From: Paecilomyces variotii
Lineage: Eukaryota
Assembly: GCA_004022145.1 (NCBI GenBank)
Contig: RCNU01000028.1
Strand: one strand, 5' to 3'
DNA: 64,000 bases
In this document: positions 14,282-27,820 of the stretch, piece after piece
How the letters are laid out: each line of letters starts with the position of its first letter
Numbering within the stretch: position 1 is the first letter of the stretch
Position numbers and translations under genes: made by a program
Notes under the pieces: model-generated
Database searches by the model: none
What the model saw: the letters and a program-made list of their open reading frames with translations, nothing else
What the model was told of the DNA's origin: nothing

Positions 14282-14607
14282 TATAATGGGGAGGATTGGT
14301 GTAAAGAATGCAATTAGTTAAGAGGTCATATGCTTTTGCTTAAAGTCTTTAAAAAGTCTATAAACAAAGCAGGAGAAGAGAGATAACACCTTTCAATTAC
14401 TCAGAATGAAATAATTAGCTTTTCTTTTCTATTATTGTTCAGTATCAGTTCAGCATTAGATTATTATTGGTTTACTATGTCAGTTTACAGCCAGAGCTTC
14501 TCCTCTAGCTCTACTCTGAGCTCCGAAGCCGAATACCCTTCTCTTCCTTCTCAATACCTACTCGCTCAAAGACTCTATGCTGAGTCTTAATACGTCTTCC
14601 CACAACA
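14282..14607 (+). repeat. 3' LTR of Gypsy copy B
   Basis: Ends ...CCCACAACA with an intact CA; less RIP-mutated than the 5' LTR. Confidence 0.93.
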
Positions 14608-17600
14608 CTAGCTTAATAAATTAAACTAATTTTTAGTATATAAAAAGCTATTAAGTCCTGTAATTCCTTAGCTAGTTCTAATTAATTATACTTAGAGAAT
14701 AAGTCTATAAGTATTAATATTAGTATTTTACTAAACTCTTCTAAGAACTTATTAGTTAAAGAGAGTAGATTAATATCTTATATTATTACTTAATTAACTT
14801 TTATAGCTATATTAATTAGCTAATATTTATTGCTTTTCTTTTTTATTAAGAACTATAGATTTTAATAAGGTCCTTAACTATATTTAAGAATCTCTATATT
14901 TATTCTCTTTTTTATTATTCCTTATATTATACTATAAAATATCTTTAATATTAGAAAGCTTTTTATTTATTATAGTTTATAATCTATAGTCTAAATAATA
15001 ATTAAAGGTATAATTTCTAGGCGTATTTATCTAATCTTTTTAAAGATTTAGGTAAGAGCTATTTTTTAGGTAAAAAATATCTTTATTAATAGTTTTTTCT
15101 CTCTTAGCTATAAATTATCTTCTATAATAAGATTCTTTAGATAGTTTAATATTAGTCTTATTTCTCTCTTAATATCTAATATCTTTAGCTAAATATATTT
15201 AATAAATCTTCTATATATTTTTTTTATACTTCTTTAGGGGTTTTTATAATAATACTTTCTAATAACTTCTTTTTATTTTAATAACTCTCTTAAAGCTATT
15301 ATAGGTCTATTTAATATATTTATTAAATAAACCTTTTTATATTTTTTCTTATACTATATATTAATAGAATATTTTATTTTTATAATAAAAAAGTTATACC
15401 TTCTAAATAGTTTATACCCCTATAACTTTTTAACTCCTTTATTTAATTTAATAAGTTTAAATATTTTTACCTCTTTAGTTTTAATTTTTTTGCTTATTTT
15501 AAAGCTAATATTATTTACTAAGTATAGCTCCTATAGGCTTTCTCTATTCTTAGTCTAATATTTATTATTCTTTTCTAGCTTTAATTTAATAACTCTTATA
15601 CTTAGGACAATAAATTATATAATATCTCTTTTCTTAACTTATTTCTTAGGTTATCTATTAAAAATACCTATACTACTGCTTAATTCTTTTAGTCTATAGA
15701 ATAAATTATACTTTCTACTATTTTATCAGATAAGGCTATATATCTTAAGCGTGCTTAATATTTAAACAGTTATCCTAAGATGCAGTTATAATTAATCCTA
15801 TTATTTACTATAAAGAAAGGGACCTTATAATAGAAGGATTTTACCTATATAGGTATTTCTTTATAGAGACTTATAAAAGGAGTTTATCTGCTATCTGCTA
15901 AAATTATATTGCCCTTAAACTTCTAGCTTATAATAAGCTTATAGTAATTTACTATATCTCTATGCATTATATTAATTTTAGCTTCGCTATCTATTATAAC
16001 ATTTTATAGCTCTTTATACTTATTAATTTTAATAGGTAGTTTTAGAGTTATAGCCGCGTATAATACCCTATTATTATTAAGAGGCTTAAGTTACGATAAT
16101 ATATAAGTATACTAGTCTAAACTGTTTACCATATATTCTGCATTAGATACTAAAGTATTAAACTATATAGCTTTAGAGTTGTAGAATAATGCCTTAGTTA
16201 TTACTAGTTGCAGTTAAGGGGTAAATAAGGCTTTATAAAGCCTAGGAGATAATTTAATAAGATCCCTAATAGATATTTAAACCCTAGTATCTAAAATCTA
16301 GTTTATAATACCTATTATATCTATAATCCCTTTTAGTTTATTTACTACTTTAAACTTTCTTAGAGATAGTTTCCCTCTTATCTTAGTTATCTTCTCGCTT
16401 TTATCTAGTTTAGGTACTTCTTTTATATCTTTATCTACTACTCTTACTTGCTTAATTATATTTAATAGCTAATAATTACTAAACCGGTTTATTTTAACTA
16501 AGAGAAATCTTTACTCTTATTTAATTATTCTTTGCAGTTTTTCCTTATGCTATTATTTAGTCCCACTCTGTCTCTTCTTTATTCCTTAAGGCTTCTCTAA
16601 TCCTATTATATTAACCGAATAGTAATCTTCTATAATATCGCTAGCTTCTTTCTTAGAGCTTAAGTTATTACTAGTCTGTCTTAGTATAATAGACTATATA
16701 TTGTATTTAATTAAACTAACTTACTTCTATTTCTTCTTTAGTCTCTATTTAATAATTACCTTTTATAATATATTTCTTTAGATAAAGTAAATAACTTCTC
16801 TATTTTACCCTTTTAGTCTAAAATAAAGTTTATAGTCTTCTCTTTAATAAATAAGTTTTTAATTTAAGAGATTCTTTAAATTTAAGTAATAAGGTTAAAT
16901 ATAATTAAGAGCCTAGTAAAAGTTATATAAGTTTAGAAGAATTTTAAATTCTTTAGCTAGAGCAAATCTTAAAGATACTCTAGCTTATATATTTATACTA
17001 GTATTAGGTATACTATTATTAGGCCTCCTTATATACTATATATTATATAGTTTTAACTTCTTAAACTCTTTTATTAACTAATTAATCTATAACTGCTTTA
17101 TTAACTTTATTTTAATACTCTATTATTTAGTCCTATTCTTATTCTTATTTAAGTAAGTTCTATTAAGTTTAATAAAAAGTCGCATATTATCTTTTTTAAT
17201 TATTTTCTCCTTTATTAAAGCTATTATATCTTAATCTTTCTCTAGTTTTCTACTATTAAAGTAAGAAAGAGTTTTAATTATTTTTACTCTATCTGCTACT
17301 TCTTTATAGAAATTAATATATTTAATAATAGATAGAGTATAATAGTCTATATTTAACTCTTAAATTACTTACTGCTTAAGCTCTTTTATAAAATCCTTAA
17401 AGATATTAAACTCCCTATAAGTATTAGCTTAATTTATCTAAAGTTATTAATACTTCTAATATAGCTTAATATTCTTAGTTATACTTTCTTAAATCCTTAG
17501 AGCTATTATATTTTATATTTTTAAACCTTTCTAGCTATTAGATATTATATTTCTTTTAATGCTTATTATAATAAGTATACTCTTATTTAGTTACTTCTGC

Positions 17601-18674
17601 CAGTTTTAAGTAGTTCTTCTCCTTATATTTAAGTTAAGTATTTATTTATAATAATACTGATAGGCTATAATAGTCTATAAATTATTTAATTTTTTCCTCT
17701 TTTAAGAGTTAATTTACCTTATATAGTCTTTTAAAAAGCCTTAGATAATAAATAATATTATCCCCTTTAAAATAAAGTACTCTTAGATTTTTAGGTATTA
17801 ATATTTATAGAGCTAATATAACCTAGATTAATTATACTATTAGTAGTCCTATATTTTTAAATGCTTAAGCTATTTATACCTCTAGACTTAGTAATATTAA
17901 GGAGCTAGAAGTCTTTCTATTTTAACTAATGCTAAAAAGATTAGTGCTTTTTTCTATATTTTTTTAAAGGAATAGTAATAAAGATAATAATAAGAAGTTC
18001 TTTTATTTTTTAATAAATAGTTCTTATTTAATAATTTCTTATTCCTTCTAAATTTCTGCTTCTCTTTTATACTTATTAAGCTCTTCCTTATATTTAGTAG
18101 TTTTTTCTTTTTTTTATTGCTAATATATATTTTTACCCTATATTATTTTTACTATCTCTACTAATTTAAAAGATATATTTATCTCTTTCTATTTATAATA
18201 GTAATCTTCTTTAATTATTTTATTTATCTTTTTACTGCTTCTTATCTCTTTTTTTAACTTTAGCTTTAATCTTGGCTTCTAATTCTTCTTTCTCCTTTAT
18301 TTCTACTTAATATTTTAATATTTCTTATATTTGGCTCTATTTTATTATAAGAAGATATATTAAGACTTAATATAGAGTCTTTAAGTAAGTAGGTATTAAG
18401 AAGGAAGAGAAAAATATTTAACTTTAGAACTTAGAGTAGAGTTAGAGAAGAAGCTCTAGCTGTGAACTAATATAGTAAACCAATAATAATTTAATACTAA
18501 ACTGATACTAAATATTAATAGAAAGGTAAAGCTAATTGTTTTATTCTGAATAACTAAAAGGTATTTCCCCTCTTTATCCTCTACTGCTTTACTTATAGAC
18601 TTTTTAAAGACTTTAAGTAAAAGTATATAATCTCTTAACTAATTATATTCTTTACGTCGATCCTCCCTACTATA
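14608..18674 (-). mobile_element. Gypsy copy A, right part (RT N-terminus, PR, gag, 5' LTR at 18343-18674)
   Basis: Continues the sequence broken at 4411 (compare the uninterrupted site at ~29191-29220) and ends with rc PBS plus rc LTR. Confidence 0.9.
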
Positions 18675-21600
18675 ATATTAATCCTATATCTTATTTAAGG
18701 TAAAGTTTTCTTTATTTAGATTAAAATATTTTCTGTTCTTATATTTAGATTTAGGATACTCTTTAGCTTTATATAGATTATCTTAAGCTTTATAATATAA
18801 ACTACTAAGTATATTACTAGAAGTATTTATATTAATTAATCTAAGATCTTTAAATAGTTAAACTATTCTTAATACTAAAGATTTCTTAGGGAGAAGGTTT
18901 TTAGATAAGGTTTTTTTAACTTCTATATTATCTTTATCTTTTATACTTTTAAAACTTCTTAAAATAAGACTCTTTATTCTTTCTTTAACTTAGCTATTAT
19001 TAGATATATTTAGCATCTGTTTAGCCTTTAAATTATTTTTAAATTATATAGTTCTAATATTTTATATATCTTTTAAATGCCTAGTTTTTTTCTTAATAAA
19101 GAGGTCTTCTAGGTTTACTATAGAAAAAAAGGGCTTTATATTAATTCTTAAGGCTCTGCTAGGAGGTTCTATTACCTATTTATTTTTAAAGATTTTATTT
19201 ATAGACTATTTAATTTCTTTAAGTAAATTTTTATAAAGATAAGTTATTACTCTAAATAATCCCTTCTTCTATTATTTTATTACTGCTAGCTTTATATTTC
19301 TAACTATTTTTAATACTCCTCTAGTTTTTTTTATAAATATATTCTCTTTTATACTAATTATATTAGCTAATAATTATATATATAGCTTATAAATTAAGTT
19401 AATCTTCTTAGAATTAACCTACTATAAGACTTTTTTAACTTTTTTAGTACTTATATTTAGTCTATTTAGCTAAGATTATATTTTAGTTTTTCTCTTATCT
19501 AGGCAGTAATAATCTTTAAGATTAGTATTAAGTCTCTATCTCTATTAAAACTATTTCTAGTAGTTTATATTAATACTCTAGTATTTAAGGTTATTATTAT
19601 TATTTATAAGTATTTTTAACCTTTCTCTAAGAATATTATCTTTTATATTCTTTAATCTTATTATGCTTTATATTTTTTTAATATAAACTTAGTATATAGC
19701 TGCGGGTTTAATTTTTTCTTCTCTTAAAAATTTTAATATTTTTTTATTTTTTAAGTTAGTAATAGCTTTTTCTATTAATATAGATATATTAACTTTATAT
19801 TTATATTTTTTTTCTAGCGTTTTCCCCTTATTTTAAGTCTTAAACTTCTTTTCTCCTTTTAGCTTTTTAGGACTTTTAGTCCTTTTCTTCTTTTTCTTCT
19901 TCTTTTTTATACTTTTCTTTCTTTTATTTAATATTAGATTTACTAATAAGCTCTTATCTAAATTTTTTATTTAGTATTCTTTCTCTTCTCTTATAATTTC
20001 CTCTAAAAGATTATTTTTTTTTATTCTTATTTTAATCTTTTGTAATTTTTTATTAATAAGCTTTTAAAAAATTAATTCTTCTTTACTAAGGGCTTTTCTT
20101 AAGATATCTTTTGCCTTTCTAATATTAGTTAATTAAAGGCTTTTTTTAGTTAATATTTTTTATCTCTTAATATTATAAAGTCTATTAATCTATATTCTTA
20201 CTAAATATATAGCTATTATTTTCTAATTTCTAATACTAAAAGCTAATTCTCTTATAGCTATTAAGGTCTAATATAACTATTTAATAATTAATAAGACTTA
20301 GTCTATAGTCTCCTAGCCTTATTTCTCTATAGCTTTATAATAACCTTTATTAATATATTTATAATTCTTTTCTGCTTATATTTTTAATTCTTTCAGCTTA
20401 TTAATAGCTAATACTTCTTTTTTCTTATTTCTTCTAATAGCTTCTATTAGTTTAAAAAATTATAAAAATTACTAGCTGCTTTATTATACTTGCTTTAAAA
20501 ATTTAAAATAATTATTACTATATTACTTATAAACTAAACCTTTTTTTTTATTATTAGCCTTACTTATTATCTTTTTTATAAGCTTATAAATTTTGCTAAT
20601 TGTAGTATATATATATATTTTAAGTTAAAGAGCTTTATCTTAATAGATAATATTTTATATTTCTAATATATTTTCTTCTATTTTTAATATATATCTTTAC
20701 AGAATAACTTTTTAAAATAGTTTTTAAGTAAAAAGCTATACTTAAAAGATAAGATAAGGTTAAGTTTAGCTTAATTTAGTCTCTAGTTATTTCTGCTATA
20801 ATATTATATAATATAAAAAATAAGGTTTTTATAATAAGGTAAGAATTCTTTATTTATTGCTTATATTCTTTATTTAATATTTTCTATTTTTAGCTTTATT
20901 TGTAGACTTTTTTAAGATATTTAAGCTAATATTATATATTTTTTAGTTATCTCTTTTCTTCTTCTTTTTTAATTATTATTAGGTATCTTTAAATTCTTCC
21001 TCTCCCTTAAAGAAGATACCCTTATTTTAAGTTTATCCTCCTTTTCTTCTTATTATAATACTAATACTTATTTTATTATTATTCTTCTATTTCTTCTTCT
21101 TTTAAATTAACTTCTTATCTTACTTTACTACTAGCTTTCTGCTTCTTTTCTTTTAAGCTAATATTTTTAAAAGAAGGGTATTAGAATAATAATTATATAT
21201 ATTAATCTAAGTAATATTTAGTCTATATTATTATTATTATTACTTAATTATTAATTTTCTTACTTAAGTACTATATTATTACTTGCAGTTTATATCTTAT
21301 TTTAATTCTCTTATAAATAATAGCTTTTTAAGCAATTCTTATAAATTAAATCTCTAAAAAGTATATTATCTAACTTCTTAAACTTATAGAATCCTTTCTT
21401 AAGGACTTTTTTAATCTAATATAGTCTAAACTAGCAGTATACTAGTTTTATAAAGTAAGGTATCTTAAGCTTTATATTATAGAGTAAAATAAGCTATTCT
21501 TTTATTAGTTATTTTTTATAAAGCTATTTTTTATTATTAAAGACTTTCTTACTAGCTTCTCTTATATATTAGATATAAAATTAGGCTTTTTCTATATCTT

Positions 21601-22131
21601 AATCTTTAAGCTTTATTTATTATATGTAAAGAAGTAAAAGATCTTCTATAGTCCTAACCTTATCCTATACTAAAATATTCTAGATAGGTACTTTTAATTT
21701 AATTAGTAATATAGTATTATATCTTATAATTACTCTAAATAGTATTAAACTAATAAAAGTCTTAATTATATTCTTATTTACCTAGATTACTACTAGTAAA
21801 TAGTTTATTTAATTTATTTCTATTCTTTTTATAAGTTTCTTAATGCTATATATAAAGGACTTATATATAACTTTAACTATTTTATTTACTTATAAGTTAT
21901 ATAATAAGACTTTAATATAGTTAATCTTATACTTCTATATTAATATATTAATTATAGCCTTATTCTTTAATCTTTTATTATTAATAAAAGTCTCTATTAC
22001 TCTTTAATAATAAATTTAATCTTTTTATAAGAACTTAGTAATAGCTCTTAAAATAAGGCTATTAAGAGCTTTATATTTAACTTAGCTAAAGTTATCTTAA
22101 AATATAATAATATAAGTCTTTCTCTTACTAG
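18675..22131 (-). mobile_element. Gypsy copy C fragment (ORF3 region to integrase), host of copy A and interrupted by copy D
   Basis: Colinear with 23335-26795 and with rc of copy B ~10000-13410. Confidence 0.85.
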
Positions 22132-25100
22132 TATTATAGAAAGACATATTAAGACTTAATATAGAGTCTTTAAGCGAGTAGGTATTAAGAAGAAAGAGAA
22201 AAGTATTTAGCTTTAGAGCTTAGAGTAGAGCTAGAGAAAAAGCTCTAGCTGTAAACTAATATAATAAACTAATAATAATCTAATACTGAACTAATACTAA
22301 ATAATAATAAAAAAGAAAAGCTAATTATTTTATTCTAAATAATTAAAAGGGTATTATTCCCCCTTTTCTCCTGCTTTATTTATAAACCTTTTAAAGACTT
22401 TAAGTAAAAACACATAATCTCTTAACTAATTATATTTTTTATACCAATCCTTCCTATTATATAGTCTCCTCTTCTTTAAGAATAAATACCTTTATTTGCC
22501 TTCTTTAGTTATTATAGTCTATATTATCTCCTTTTTTTAATATTATAAATTATTCCCGAAGCAGGAATACTCTAGTTTTTGGTATTATATATATCTTAAA
22601 ACCTCTAACTTATAAAGCTAAGTTCCTTTTCTTTACAGATAATCTTAAATTGATAATATATCTTATTTTAATATAAAGTATAGCTCTGCTTTAACTTCTA
22701 AGTAATCTTAGTTTAGTTAATTAAGTATTACTCTGTCTATAGTTATAACTCTATTTCTTTAGATATTAAAAGGCCCGGATCTTCCTTAATTAGATTTTAT
22801 CTTATCTCGCTTCTTATAATTAAAACAGTAGATATTATTAAAATCTATTCCCTAATTCTTTAATACTAGTTAATATAAATTGCTGATAAAAATTACTTCT
22901 CCTTACCTAAGTATAATGTCTCTTAGGCCTATAGTTTTCTCAGACTTATCTCTAATAATTAGTCTAGTCCTTAAGATTATAAAGCTCTAGCCTATTCCTC
23001 TCTTAGGGATAGTAGTCTCTATATTTAATATTCTTAGCTTATATCTTCTAAGATATTAGATCTATAGCCTATATTTACTATAACTATATAGCGCTAATTA
23101 GATTAAATAGATCTAAATATCTTGCGCAATAACCTTCTAGAGAATACTCTTAAATAAGTTCTTAAGCCTTATTAATTCTTTATTCTCTTTTTTATAATAA
23201 AGGGCTGCTTTTACTTTAATAGTAATATATTATAATATTTTTTTTACTAATTTCTCTTTAAAAGGCATAATCTAGAAAACCCTATTTATTTCTTAATAGT
23301 TAAAATCCTTCCTTATTATAATACCTAATTAGATATATTAGTCTTATATCTTATTTAGGGTAAAGTCTTTTTTACTTAGGTTAAAATATTTTCTGTCTTT
23401 ATATTTAGATTTAAGATATTCTTTAGCCCTATATAGGTTATCTTAGGCTTTATAATATAAGCTATTAAATATATTACTAGAAGTATCTATATTAATTAAC
23501 CTAAGATCTCTAAATAGTTAAACTATCTCTAATGTTAGGGATTTCTTAAGGAAAAGGTCTTTAGATAATAATTCTTTAATTTCTATATTATCTCTATCTT
23601 TTATACTTTTAGGACTTCCTAAAATAGGACTTTTTATTCTTCTTTTAACCTAGCTATTACTAGGTATACTTAGTATTTGCTTAGCCTTTATATTATCTTT
23701 AAATTATATAGTTTTAGCGTTCTATATATCTTTTAGGTGCTTAGTTTCTTTCTTAATAAAGGGGTCTTCTAGGTTTATTATAGAAAAGGAGGTTTTTATA
23801 TTAGTTTTTAAGGCTCTATTAAGAGGTTTTATTACTTATTTATTTTTAGAGATTTTGCTTATAAATTATTTAGTTTCTTTAAATAAACTTCTATAAAGAT
23901 AGGTTATTACTTTAAATAGTCTCTTTTTCTACTGCTTTACTATTGCTAGCTTTATATTTCTAATTATTTTTAATACTTCTTTAGCTTCTTTTATAGATAT
24001 ATTCTCCCTTATACTAATTATATTGGCTAATAATTATATATAAGGCTTGCAGATTAAATTAATCTTCTTAGAATTAATTTATTATAAGACTTCTTTAATT
24101 TCTTTAGCACTTATATTTAGTCTATTTAGTTAGGATTATATTTTAGTTTCCCCCTTATCTAGGCAGTAATAATCCTTAAGGTTAGCGTTAAGTCTCTATC
24201 TCTATTAAAACCATTTCTAGTAGTCTATATTAATATTCTAGGATTTAAGGTTATTATTACTATCTATAAGCATTTTTAACTTTTCTCTAAGAATATTATT
24301 TTTTATACTTCTTAGTCCTATTATACTTTATACTTTTTTAATATAAACTTAGTATATAGCGGCAGGTTTAATCTTTTCTTTCTTTAAAAGTTCTAGTATT
24401 TTTTTACTTTTTAGGTTAATAATAGCCTTTTTTATTAATATAGATATATTAATCTTATATTTATATCTTTTTTTTAGCTATTTCCCCTTATCTTAAGTCT
24501 TAAGCTTTTTTTCCCCTTTTAGCTTCTTAAGACTCTTAATTTTCTTCTTTTTTTTTTCTTTCTCTTCTATACTTTCTTCTCCTTTATCTAATATTAGATT
24601 TATTAATAAGCTCTTACCTAAATCTTTTATTTAATATCCTTCCTTTTTTTCTATAATCTCTTCTAGAAGATTATTCTCCCTTATTTTTATTTTAATCTCT
24701 TATAGCTTTTTATTAGTAGGTTTTTAAAAAATTAGTCCTTCTCTACTAAGGGCTTTTCTTAAGATATCTCTTACCTTTCTAATATTAATTAGTTAAAGGC
24801 TCTTTTTAATTAGTATTTCTTATCTTCTAATATTATAAAGTCTATTAATTTATACTCTTACTAAATACATAGCTGCTATTCTCTAGTTTCTAGTATTAGA
24901 AGCTAATTCTCCTATAGCTATTAAGGTCTAATATAACTTTTTAATAATTAATAAGACTTAGTCTATAGTCTCCTAGCTTTATTTCTCTATAGCTTTATAG
25001 TAATCTTTATTAGCATATTTATAGTTCTTTTCTGCTTATATTTTTAATTCTTTTAGCTTATTAATAGCTAATACTTTTTTTTTTTTTACTTCTTTTAATA

Positions 25101-27456
25101 GCTTCTATTAGTTTAAGAAATTATAAAAATTATTAGCTGCTTTATTATATCTGCTTTAAAAATTTAAAATAATTGCTGCTATATTACTTATAAACTAAAT
25201 CTTCTCTTCTTTATTATTAGCCTTATTTATTATCTCCTTTATAAGCTTATAAATTTCACTAACTATAGTATATATATATATATTCTGAGTTAAAGAGCTT
25301 TATTCTAACGGATAATATTTTATATTTCTAGTATATTTTCTTCTATTTTTAATGTATATCTTTATAAAATAATTCTTTAAAATAGTTTCTAAATAAAAAG
25401 ATATACTTAAAAAGTAAGATAAGGTTAAGTTTAGCTTAATTTAGTCTCTAATTACTTTCGCTGTAGTATTATATAATATAAAAAATAAGGTTTTTATAAT
25501 AAGGTAAGGATTCTTTATTTATTACTTATATTCTTTATCTAATATTTTCTATTTTTAACTTTATTTATAGACTTTTTTAAGATATTTAAGCTAATATCAT
25601 ATGTTTTTTAATTATCTCTTTTTTGCTTCTTTTTTAATTATTATTAGATATCTTTGAATTCTTCCTTTCCCTTAAAAAAGACGCCCTTATCTTAAGTTTA
25701 TTCTCCTTCTCTTTTTATTATAGCACTAATACTTATTTTACTATTATTTTTCTGTTTCTTCTCCTTTTAAACTAGCTCCTTATCTTATTTTACTACTAGC
25801 TTTTTACTTCTCTTCTTTTAAGCTAATATTTTTAAAAGGAGGGTATTAGAACTATAATTATATATTCTAATCTAGGTAATATCTAGTCTGTATTATTATT
25901 ATTATTACTTAATTGCTAATTTTCTTACTTAGGTATTATATTATCTCTTACAGTTAGTATTTTATTTTAGTTCTCTTATAAATAATAGCCTTTTAAGTAA
26001 TTCTTATAAATTAGGTCTCTAAAAGGTATATTATCTAACTCTTTAAGCTTATAAGATTCTTTTCTAAGGACTTCTTTAATCCTATATAGTCTAAGCTAAT
26101 AGTATGCCAGTTTTATAAAGTAAGATATCTTAAGCTTTATATTATAAAGCAGAATAAGCTATCCTTTTATTAATTATTCTTCGCAAAGCTATTTCTTATT
26201 ATTAAAGATTTTCTTACTAGCTTCTCTTATATATTAGATATAAAGTTAGGCCTCTTCTATATCCTAATCTTAGAGCTCTATTTATTATATATAAAGAAAT
26301 AAAAGATCTTCTATAGTCTTAACCTTATCTTATGCTAAAGTCTTCTAAATAGGCACTTCTAGTTTAATTAGCAATATAGCGTTATATCTTATAATTGCTC
26401 TAAATAGTATTAAGCCTATAGAAATCTTAACTATATTCTTATCTGCCTAGATTATTGCTAGTAAGTAATCTACTTAATTTATTCTTATTCCTTTTATAAG
26501 TTTTCTAATACTATATATAAAGGACTTATATATAACTTTAACTGCTCTATTTGCTTGCAGGTTATATAGCAAGACTTTAATATAGTTAATCTTATACTTC
26601 TATACTAATATATTAATTATAGCTTTATTCTCTAGTTCTTTATTATTAATAAGAGTCTCTATTACTCTCTAATAATAAATCTAGTCTTCTTATAAGAACT
26701 TAGTAATAGCTCTTAAAATAGGGCTATTAAGGGCTCTATATTTAACCTAGCTAAAGTTATCTTAAAGTATAGTAATATAAGTCTTTCTCTTACTGGGTAG
26801 TATAATCTTATAGATATCTAGATATAGCTTTAATCTCCCTAGTAGAATAAATATTAATTATAAAGCTTCTTTTATATATTCTTTATCTGCTTTCTAGTAT
26901 TTATTATATATCTTTACCTATTTAGCAATATACTTATATAGGCCTTTTTACTAATATTAATTAGCTACTTTTTAATAAATTACTTTATACTTATAATATT
27001 TATACTCTTTATAAAGGGCTATAAGAATTTTCTTTTACTTCTTCTTATTATTAATAATTATATAATAAGACTAATTTTATTATACTCTCTAGAAAAGTAT
27101 ATTATCTTAAACTATATACTTTAGGGCCTCTTTCTTAAACTTAGTATATTATCTTCTATCTATATTATCTAGTTTTATTATAATTTATAACTATTTTATA
27201 ATTAATAAAGACTTTTCTAACTAATATAATATAGGTATTAACTAAGAGATACTATTTAATTTTACCTCTTATATACTAATATAATAGACTGTATAAAACT
27301 ATAGGTCTAAGAATTTCTCTATATTATTATCTTCTGCCTCTTCTAGGTCTTACTCTATTACTAGCTTCTAAGATAACTTATTTATAACTAAGTTCTTTTT
27401 CCCTAATATATAGATAATATTAAAGTTAAATAATTAAATTTAAGCAATTTATTAAG
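22132..27456 (-). mobile_element. Gypsy copy D (3' LTR 22132-22461, PPT, ORF3, integrase), truncated
   Basis: rc LTR followed by rc PPT, preceded by CTAG (22128-22131); homology breaks at ~27456. Confidence 0.85.
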
Positions 27457-27820
27457 TATTAAAGGAAACTCTTTACTTAGCTTAAAGATAGTAAAGCTAT
27501 TCTCTATTACTATATTAATAATAGTAGTAATAATAGTTTTAATTAGTATTTTAACAGTAGCTAGTTTAATCTAAGTCCCTATATTAATAACTTCCTTATA
27601 CTCTATACTTTATCTCTAGGGCCTCTTTATAGTATAAGTAGGAGTTATCTTTAGCTTAGCTATAGTAGCTAGCTTAGTAATAAGATAAGTTCTCTTTCTC
27701 TTTAGTAGGCTTTTTAATACTATTATTAAATTAAATAGACTTATTTATATAATAGCTAAAACTATAAAAAAAGGTTAATTTAGTAGAGATATAAACCTTC
27801 TATGCCTTAATTCTAGCGCG
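27457..27820. other. ~360-bp unassigned RIP-like segment at a rearrangement junction (possible fragment of another LTR)
   Basis: No match to the Gypsy family seen; starts TATTAAAGG (possibly RIP of TG...). It separates two overlapping Gypsy segments. Confidence 0.45.

Larger units (their letters stand above)
4412..14607 (+). mobile_element. Full-length Ty3/Gypsy LTR retrotransposon, copy B (10,196 bp; RIP-inactivated; no chromodomain, possibly Ylt1-like)
   Basis: Direct 326-bp LTRs, CTAG on both flanks (4408-4411, 14608-14611), TGG-starting PBS-like motif, PPT, and domain order gag-PR-RT-RH-IN. Confidence 0.95.
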
